Below are positions 57,702-64,000 of a DNA stretch of 64,000 bases, one piece after another. The DNA is taken from contig JAFGQS010000144.1 of NCBI GenBank assembly GCA_016935565.1, forward strand, positions 10,966 through 74,965. Reading direction: 5' to 3'. This DNA comes from Deltaproteobacteria bacterium (lineage in GTDB: Bacteria > Desulfobacterota > Syntrophia > Syntrophales > UBA6807). The position numbers and the translations under genes are program-made. The notes under the pieces are model-generated. The model searched no databases and was not told the origin of the DNA. It worked only from the letters and a program-made list of their open reading frames with translations. Numbering within the stretch: position 1 is the stretch's first letter; the number at the start of each line of letters is the position of its first letter.

Positions 57702-59384
57702 ATGAAAAGGAAGAAGTTTTTACCCGTCATCCCTTATATTATTGTTGTAATGATATTTCTCGGCTGTGCAGGGAGTACGCAAAAAGATAGAGACATACCG
57801 CTGACAGCTGCCTCGGAGAAAACGTCAGAAGCAACAACACAAGACCAGGCAGGCTGTAATCTGGAGGGAATGACTTTTGAAAGAATGACCGGAAAAGAAA
57901 GAATTTCTTTTCTTCTCTCGAAGGTATCGGGTTTCGATATAACGAGAGAATCGGGCAATTCGATCCTCGTAAAACTGGCCGACACCTATGCATCTGAAAA
58001 ACTCAGAACCAAACAGGGTGAGGGCCTGCTCGAGAATGTTCAGTATCTCCTCCCTATGCAGAAGACTGTAAACGGCATGAACTGGGTTTATGTTCAGATT
58101 TATCTCAATCAAATGGTCCCATACAGAATCAGGGAAGATATCAACGGGTATATCGTTGATTTTGACGTGTCCATGCTCCCTGAAACTGATGCCAAAACCA
58201 CTGCAAAACAAAGTTATGGTGAAAAATCAGCATCGACTATGAAGACATTTGAGTTGATCAGTCAAGATATGGAGGCTGATCAGGCTGAAACCGCTAAGGC
58301 GGGGGAAACGAAAAAGTACACGGGGAACAAGATAGCTCTCCTCAGTTTTCAGAACGCTCAGATAAAGAGCGTCCTGAGATCTATTTCCGAATACAGTGGA
58401 TATAATATTGTTTCCGGACCGGACGTGACAGGTACCGTGACTATACATATGAAGGATGTTCCCTGGGATCAGGCCCTCGACACGATTTTGGAAATAAATA
58501 GTCTCGGAAAAAAGCAGTTTGGCGATGTCATTACCGTTCTACCTCTCGAAAAACTGAAAAAGGCTGAGGAGGAACAACTCAAGAAAGACGCATCTCAGGG
58601 CAAGTTGAAGCAAATATCCATTGAGGCAAAAATAGTCGAGGTTTCCACTAATGCTGCCCGAAAATTGGGAATAAACTGGGGTGCCGGATACCAGACGACA
58701 TGGAATAACAGGGATATCGGCGCCCTGATGGGAAGTTCCGCATCGGGAAACCTGACCACTCTTCCCAATGGAGTCGGATTGACAAGCAGTAATATCGCTG
58801 TGAATTTTCCCGGGACGACTGGTGCCGATGTCATAACACCCGGGCTTGGAATTATTCTGGGAGGTGGCAGCTGGATTCTGGATGCACAATTATCGGCACT
58901 TGAAACATCGGGTGAAGGTAAGATTATCTCGTCACCCAAGGTCACCACCCTTGACAATGTCAAGGCCACGATCAAGCAGGGCGAAGAAATTCCATACGCC
59001 ACCATAGACAATCAAGGTAACAGGTCCATCTCATTTAAGGACGCCGTCTTGCAGCTCGACGTAAAACCGACAATCACGGAAGATGGGAAAATTTCAATGA
59101 CGGTTAAGGCTACCAACGATTACGCTGACTGGAATAAGACAAACACAAGCAATGAAAATCCTCCCATTATCACGAGCAATGTGGAATCGACGATTGTTGT
59201 TCAGGATGGCGATACACTTGTCGTCGGTGGAATCTTCAAAACGACCCAATCAGAAGCGATGTCGGGAGTTCCCGGCCTTTCGAAAATACCGCTTCTGGGC
59301 TGGCTTTTTAAGTATAAGACCTACACTCAAGAAAAAAGAGAGCTGCTTATCTTCATTACACCCAGAATTATTAAGGAATCATGA
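57702..59384 (+). CDS. pilQ: Type IV pilus secretin PilQ (lipoprotein signal; appears to lack the N1 domain)
   Basis: IFLGC lipobox, N0 domain (VPWDQALD), secretin domain (IEAKIVEV, ISSPKVTTLDN, VPGLSKIPLLGWLF, ELLIFITPRI); ATG 57702 preferred. Confidence 0.9.
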   Translation: MKRKKFLPVIPYIIVVMIFLGCAGSTQKDRDIPLTAASEKTSEATTQDQAGCNLEGMTFERMTGKERISFLLSKVSGFDITRESGNSILVKLADTYASEKLRTKQGEGLLENVQYLLPMQKTVNGMNWVYVQIYLNQMVPYRIREDINGYIVDFDVSMLPETDAKTTAKQSYGEKSASTMKTFELISQDMEADQAETAKAGETKKYTGNKIALLSFQNAQIKSVLRSISEYSGYNIVSGPDVTGTVTIHMKDVPWDQALDTILEINSLGKKQFGDVITVLPLEKLKKAEEEQLKKDASQGKLKQISIEAKIVEVSTNAARKLGINWGAGYQTTWNNRDIGALMGSSASGNLTTLPNGVGLTSSNIAVNFPGTTGADVITPGLGIILGGGSWILDAQLSALETSGEGKIISSPKVTTLDNVKATIKQGEEIPYATIDNQGNRSISFKDAVLQLDVKPTITEDGKISMTVKATNDYADWNKTNTSNENPPIITSNVESTIVVQDGDTLVVGGIFKTTQSEAMSGVPGLSKIPLLGWLFKYKTYTQEKRELLIFITPRIIKES

Positions 59385-59495
59385 TCAGTGTATCACCCCG
59401 CCTACAAGGCGTGGCATCCTCTGGTAAACGTCTCATCCCCATTTACAAAACGGGGTAATCACGTTTTCTGATTTCACAAAGGAGATCTTTTGAGC

Positions 59496-59825
59496 TTACG
59501 AGGGATATGTTGCCTTTACGGTGGTATAGAGTCCGCCCCTGACATTGAAATTTCCGATTATCTCTACTTTCCGGGGACGTACCGTTTCGACGAAATCATT
59601 CAAAATCCGGTTAACGGCCTCTTCATGAAAAATTCCTTCATTTCGATATGAGTTGAGATAAAACTTCAATGCCTTCAGCTCAACAAGGAGTTCGTCGGGA
59701 ACATACGTGATGACAATTTCGGCAAAGTCAGGCTGAGACGTCTTGGGGCAAAGACAGGTAAATTCCGGGAATCTAATTTGTACTTCGTAATCACGCTCCT
59801 TGTATTTGTTCTCTATTGTTTCCAT
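59496..59825 (-). CDS. queF: NADPH-dependent 7-cyano-7-deazaguanine reductase (short type)
   Basis: PEFTCLCPKTSQPDF, VELKALKFYL, FHE, RGGL. Confidence 0.93.
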   Translation of the reverse strand: METIENKYKERDYEVQIRFPEFTCLCPKTSQPDFAEIVITYVPDELLVELKALKFYLNSYRNEGIFHEEAVNRILNDFVETVRPRKVEIIGNFNVRGGLYTTVKATYPS

Positions 59826-60420
59826 AAATCCTCACTAAAATATAACAAAACGGTGTATCAAGGAGGGCTATTCCGACCTTGAGCAGGTACTGGCTGAAAA
59901 TCATCACCATAATCGTTGTCATGGGGTATATTCCCCCAAAGGCTATTACAATAAATATCACGGAATCTATCAATTGTGAGATGATCGTGGAAAAATTGTT
60001 CCTCATCCATAGGTGTTTCCCCGAGGTTTTATGTTTCCACCAGTGAAATGCCCACACATCGTGGTTCTGGGAAATAACATAGGCTATCATGGATGCTGTA
60101 ACAATTCTCGGCGCGGACCCGAGAATGACAGTATATGCTTCCTGATGGTTCCAGAATTGCGCTGGAGGAAGTACTTTACCGACAAATAATATCAACACCA
60201 TAACGAGAGACATATAAAAACCAACCATAACCAGGTTATGAGCGTTCTTTTTCCCTTCTATTTCAGAAACAACATCGGTAAAAAGAAATGTCAGGGGATA
60301 CAGAACAATGGCGGCAGGTACCACGAGCCCGCCCACAACAATAATCTTTGTAGCTATAATATTGGATAAAAGTATGGAAGTAACGAACAAATATTTAATA
60401 AATTCAATATTGGAAAACAT
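59791..60420 (-). CDS. yhhQ: Queuosine precursor transporter (YhhQ/Vut_1)
   Basis: SNIIATK, YPLTFLFTDVVSE, PRIVTAS..SQ..D, WMRNNFSTIISQLIDS; adjacent to queF. Confidence 0.9.
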   Translation of the reverse strand: MFSNIEFIKYLFVTSILLSNIIATKIIVVGGLVVPAAIVLYPLTFLFTDVVSEIEGKKNAHNLVMVGFYMSLVMVLILFVGKVLPPAQFWNHQEAYTVILGSAPRIVTASMIAYVISQNHDVWAFHWWKHKTSGKHLWMRNNFSTIISQLIDSVIFIVIAFGGIYPMTTIMVMIFSQYLLKVGIALLDTPFCYILVRIYGNNREQIQGA

Positions 60421-60658
60421 CGTAATTTACCTTGAAATATTTATGTGAATACCTTACATATGATATCCTGTATAGAAAGAATTCGGAATGGTTACCATTT
60501 TGGCAACAGATGTGTCAATGAGTTTCTCATATATGTAAGGTCTACGATTATGAGCATGATCTTATCACGAAAATATGAGGACACGTATTAATCGACGTCG
60601 TATTGGTTTTTCGTTCCGCTACTGTACATATGAATTTTAAGCATTATTATACAATGGT

Positions 60659-61333
60659 ATGATTTCATCTGATCTGAAAGAACGGCTGGACTTTCTCTCC
60701 ACGGCAATGGAATATTTGCAGAGAGAGTTGTACGACAATGCCATAAACCTGGCACGACAGAGGTTGGATCATCATCCCGGCGATATGGACGCATGGTTTG
60801 TCATTGCATCGTGCTGGGTTAATATGGAAAAAATAACCGAAGCTTCGGAAATTTTACATCAACTGGAACAGATTATCAATGGCTGGTCACAACTCTATCA
60901 ATCATTGGGTGACGGTTTTCGTAAAAAAGGACTGATTCAAAAGGCGGCAAGGCTCTATCGGAAAGCGCTTACTATAAACCCCGACGCCCAGAACAGAGAA
61001 GAAATGTCGGCAACAATCGCCTTGCTGGAAGAAGGTTTCCATCCCGATGAATTCAAAGCAGATGATCAGATAAGCGATATTGAACAGATATCGTCGGATT
61101 TTCATACCATTACCCTGGCAGAGCTCTACATCAAACAAGGTCATCTGACAATGGCACGAGACGTATTGAAAAAAATCATCATAAGGGATCCCCAGAATAT
61201 AAAAGTGCTGAAGAAACTTGAATATGTAGAAACCCTGATGGATAAAGGAAACGTAAGCAAACAGGAAGAGATCGTTGAAGAACTTGAGAAGTGGCTCGAC
61301 AATCTCCGGCAGAGGAAACAATATAGTGAATAA
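60659..61333 (+). CDS. Tetratricopeptide repeat protein
   Basis: TPR-like helices (YRKALTINPD), TITLAELYIKQGH, LEKWLDNL tail. Confidence 0.8.
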   Translation: MISSDLKERLDFLSTAMEYLQRELYDNAINLARQRLDHHPGDMDAWFVIASCWVNMEKITEASEILHQLEQIINGWSQLYQSLGDGFRKKGLIQKAARLYRKALTINPDAQNREEMSATIALLEEGFHPDEFKADDQISDIEQISSDFHTITLAELYIKQGHLTMARDVLKKIIIRDPQNIKVLKKLEYVETLMDKGNVSKQEEIVEELEKWLDNLRQRKQYSE

Positions 61334-62411
61334 AACAACAAACTCGGGAGAGAGGATAGCGCGTATTTCATCAAAACTAACCGCACTTCGTGTGGAGGGT
61401 ATCCTTTTCTTTGATATGAAGAATATTCGATATCTTACCGGTTTTACCGGAAGTGACGGTTTCCTTTTTATCGGGGAAAAAGGGATTTTCTTATTAGTCG
61501 ATGGCCGTTATGTCACACAAGCGAAACAAGAGGTGACTGATTGTAATATTATTGAGTACAGAGATAAAGTAGACGGAATCGCGATGCTTATTTCGGACCA
61601 CAACATGAAGGTCATCGGATTTGAATCATCTGCTCTCACCTGTGATACATATCTCAAGCTCAGGAATCGACTGAATGACGTAACCTTGGAACCTCTTTCA
61701 GAAGAAATTAACTCTATAAGAGCCATAAAGGATATACAAGAAATAGATTGCATAAAAAAAGCAGCCGCTATAGCATCTCAAGCCCTTCAACTTGTGATGA
61801 ACTCCATACAACCGGGGATCAGAGAGAGAGACATTGCCCTGATCCTGGAATCTAAAATGAAAGAACTGGGAGGCGAAACCCTTGCATTTGAAACAATTGT
61901 CGCGTCAGGCTACAATTCAGCTCTTCCCCATGCAAAACCAGGATCAAAAGAAATCGAAAACGGGGATTTTGTCGTAGTAGATTATGGCATTGTTTACCAG
62001 GGATATCATTCCGATGAGACGTGTACCGTCGCCGTAGGTTCGGTCACTCAAAAACAACGGGAGACATATCAAATCGTCAAGGATGCACACGACAGGGCAC
62101 TCGACGCCGTTAAAGATGGTATTTCCTGTCGTGAGATTGACCGAATTGCCAGAGACCATATTGAGAAAGCCGGTCTGGTACAATACTTTTCACATGGTAC
62201 CGGTCACGGAGTGGGTCTCGAAATCCATGAGACCCCTACAATCTCCTCAAAGAGCGCTGATTATCTTACCTCGGGAATGATTATTACTATTGAACCCGGC
62301 GTATACATACCCAATCTGTGGGGAATCAGAGTCGAAGACATGGTGGTCGTCGAAAGGGACGGTTGTGAAATTTTATCGACTGTCCCAAAACACTTGCAGA
62401 TTACATACTGA
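61326..62411 (+). CDS. Xaa-Pro aminopeptidase (M24 family)
   Basis: NIRYLTGFTGS, DGRY, ALPHA, GYHSDETCT, HGTGHGVGLEIHE, TIEPGVY, RVED; GTG 61326 preferred. Confidence 0.93.
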   Translation: MNKTTNSGERIARISSKLTALRVEGILFFDMKNIRYLTGFTGSDGFLFIGEKGIFLLVDGRYVTQAKQEVTDCNIIEYRDKVDGIAMLISDHNMKVIGFESSALTCDTYLKLRNRLNDVTLEPLSEEINSIRAIKDIQEIDCIKKAAAIASQALQLVMNSIQPGIRERDIALILESKMKELGGETLAFETIVASGYNSALPHAKPGSKEIENGDFVVVDYGIVYQGYHSDETCTVAVGSVTQKQRETYQIVKDAHDRALDAVKDGISCREIDRIARDHIEKAGLVQYFSHGTGHGVGLEIHETPTISSKSADYLTSGMIITIEPGVYIPNLWGIRVEDMVVVERDGCEILSTVPKHLQITY

Positions 62412-62499
62412 CATATAATAACAGTGCTCATCGTTCCAGATGCGGAAAATAAAGGACAAACATTGAATCAAATACATACGTGGAGGAAATACGGAAACA

Positions 62500-62895
62500 A
62501 TGATAGGTCTTCCGGATGATCTGCTTTACAGTCGAGAACACATGTGGACAAGGATTGAAGGCAGTGTTGCAACTATTGGAATTACAGATTATGCACAAGA
62601 AGAATTGGGAGAAATATATTCGGTCGAACTTCCCGATATTGATACCTATATAGAACAGGATGAACCATTCGGCACTATAGAGTCGTCAAAGACCATCCTT
62701 GAGTTAATCTCGCCTGTCAGTGGGGATATCATAAACATTAATGAAGATCTGTCCGATGATTTGGGAATCATCAACAGCGATCCATACAATACGGGCTGGA
62801 TGATCGTTGTCGAAATGAATAACCTGAGCGAACTGGACACCCTTCTCGATTCAATGGAATATAGTGACTTCATCGAAGAAGAAGGAGATGCATGA
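62500..62895 (+). CDS. gcvH: Glycine cleavage system H protein (lipoyl carrier)
   Basis: YSREHMW, IGITDYAQEELG, IESSK (lipoyl Lys), SPVSG, INSDPY..GW. Confidence 0.92.
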   Translation: MIGLPDDLLYSREHMWTRIEGSVATIGITDYAQEELGEIYSVELPDIDTYIEQDEPFGTIESSKTILELISPVSGDIININEDLSDDLGIINSDPYNTGWMIVVEMNNLSELDTLLDSMEYSDFIEEEGDA

Positions 62896-62901
62896 TATAA
62901 A

Positions 62902-63744
62902 GTGAAAGAGTGGAGATACCTTTCTTTTCGTTACTACGATGCATTTGAAAATATGGCTATCGACGAGGCCATTGTAAGAGAAAGTCAACGAACAAATTTT
63001 TCCCCGACACTGAGGTTCTATAGTTGGGAAAAGCCGGCGGTGTCTCTCGGATATTTTCAAAACGTCGAAGATGAAGTAAATATAAAATTCTGTCAAGACA
63101 TGGGCATACCGATTGTACGACGCCCGACCGGGGGTAAGGCGGTTCTTCATGAAGGTGATCTTACGTACTCCGTTGTGGCCCGGGAAGATAATCCCCTTTT
63201 CCCTGCAGGCCTTCTCGGGACATATCAGATTATTAGTCGATGCATCGCTACAGGTCTCGCCAAACTTGGCATACGGGCAGACATGTTAAAGGAAGGAAGA
63301 CAGGCAGGTGCACCGGAATTAGATGCATTATGTTTTTCCATACCCTCTCAGTACGAACTCCTTGTTAAGGGAAAGAAAATATGCGGCAGTGCCCAGATGA
63401 GAACGAAAGGGGTTTTTCTGCAACATGGATCGCTTTTAATGGATTTTGACCCCCATAGTTCCTGCCTGGCAATCTCAAAAAATAACGGGCCCACATCAAG
63501 GGAAGAAGAAAAACTCAAACAGCACGTTACATCGATTCATGAAAATATGAGCAGAAAAACAGATCACATTGAAGTGTGTCGTGCCTTGGCCTCAGGTTTT
63601 GAGGAATCTCTGGGTATTCGTCTTATTGAGGGATCTCTGACCCCCGGGGAAGAAAAGACAACGGAACTGCTATTACAACATAAGTATTCGAAAGGAAAAT
63701 GGAATATGGAAGGAAAGGCGATTGAATGGACATTACAAGAATAA
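62902..63744 (+). CDS. Lipoate-protein ligase / octanoyltransferase (LplA/LipM family)
   Basis: [44 protein letters not shown]. Confidence 0.9.
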   Translation: MKEWRYLSFRYYDAFENMAIDEAIVRESQRTNFSPTLRFYSWEKPAVSLGYFQNVEDEVNIKFCQDMGIPIVRRPTGGKAVLHEGDLTYSVVAREDNPLFPAGLLGTYQIISRCIATGLAKLGIRADMLKEGRQAGAPELDALCFSIPSQYELLVKGKKICGSAQMRTKGVFLQHGSLLMDFDPHSSCLAISKNNGPTSREEEKLKQHVTSIHENMSRKTDHIEVCRALASGFEESLGIRLIEGSLTPGEEKTTELLLQHKYSKGKWNMEGKAIEWTLQE

Positions 63745-64000
63745 TAAAAGAGGTAATTCGGAAGCAGCAGGCATATTCAATTGAGGAACAACCCTGTCGC
63801 ATTAAACTTGATGCAAATGAAAATCCATATACTCTCACTCCTTCTCAACAAAACAGGATATTCGAACATTTAAAGACAATCTCACTCAATCGTTATCCCG
63901 ATCCCGGAGCAACCGATCTTAAAGAACAATTTGCACAGTATTTTGGTATCGATGAAGACATGCTTATGCTTGGAAACGGTTCCGATGAATTGATTCAGTT
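63726..64000 (+). CDS. hisC: Histidinol-phosphate aminotransferase, 3'-truncated by the window edge
   Basis: Manual translation: [34 protein letters not shown]. Confidence 0.85.
   Translation, partial: MDITRIIKEVIRKQQAYSIEEQPCRIKLDANENPYTLTPSQQNRIFEHLKTISLNRYPDPGATDLKEQFAQYFGIDEDMLMLGNGSDELIQ

Noticed and set aside
60421-60658. preQ1 riboswitch upstream of yhhQ-queF
   Set aside because: No class I preQ1 pattern (short stem plus A-rich tail) was recognisable on the minus strand by eye; an Rfam scan would settle it
1-64000. Prophage, IS element, integron or known defence system
   Set aside because: No integrase, transposase, phage structural or recognisable defence genes were seen

Overview
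64 kb of a bacterial chromosome, most consistent with an anaerobic deltaproteobacterial syntroph (Syntrophales-like; inferred from gene order and content, not proven). Almost all genes are on the + strand. 1-17 kb holds two related acyl-CoA catabolic operons. (A) BKACE, acyl-CoA dehydrogenase, MaoC hydratase, two thiolase-fold proteins of the Ltp4/Ltp3 retro-aldolase type and two DUF35 proteins. (B) A sigma54-type operon (MaoC paralogue, stand-alone carboxyltransferase, crotonase, atypical HMG-CoA lyase) next to a GAF-PAS kinase/NtrC-family pair. The leader of operon B contains decayed copies of operon A's BKACE and dehydrogenase genes, a GG-N10-GC promoter and three palindromic enhancer-like sites. 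17-31.6 kb is accessory: patatin, PilZ, EmrAB, a mini FlgC-like gene, a REC pseudogene, a TAXI-TRAP transporter with an amine dehydrogenase-like gene, def, a MenK/MqnK-type radical SAM enzyme and a nuclease-fold lipoprotein. 31.7-64 kb is mostly core genome: selA, rluD, pgeF, rho, rpmE, prfA, prmC, murA, hisD, tRNA-Gly(CCC), rimP-nusA-infB-rbfA-truB-rpsO-pnp, dut, DUF39, ftsB, pilMNOPQ, queF-yhhQ, pepQ-like, gcvH, lipoate ligase and partial hisC. No CRISPR array, rRNA, integrase or transposase was seen. All family calls come from motif recognition by eye; no searches were run.
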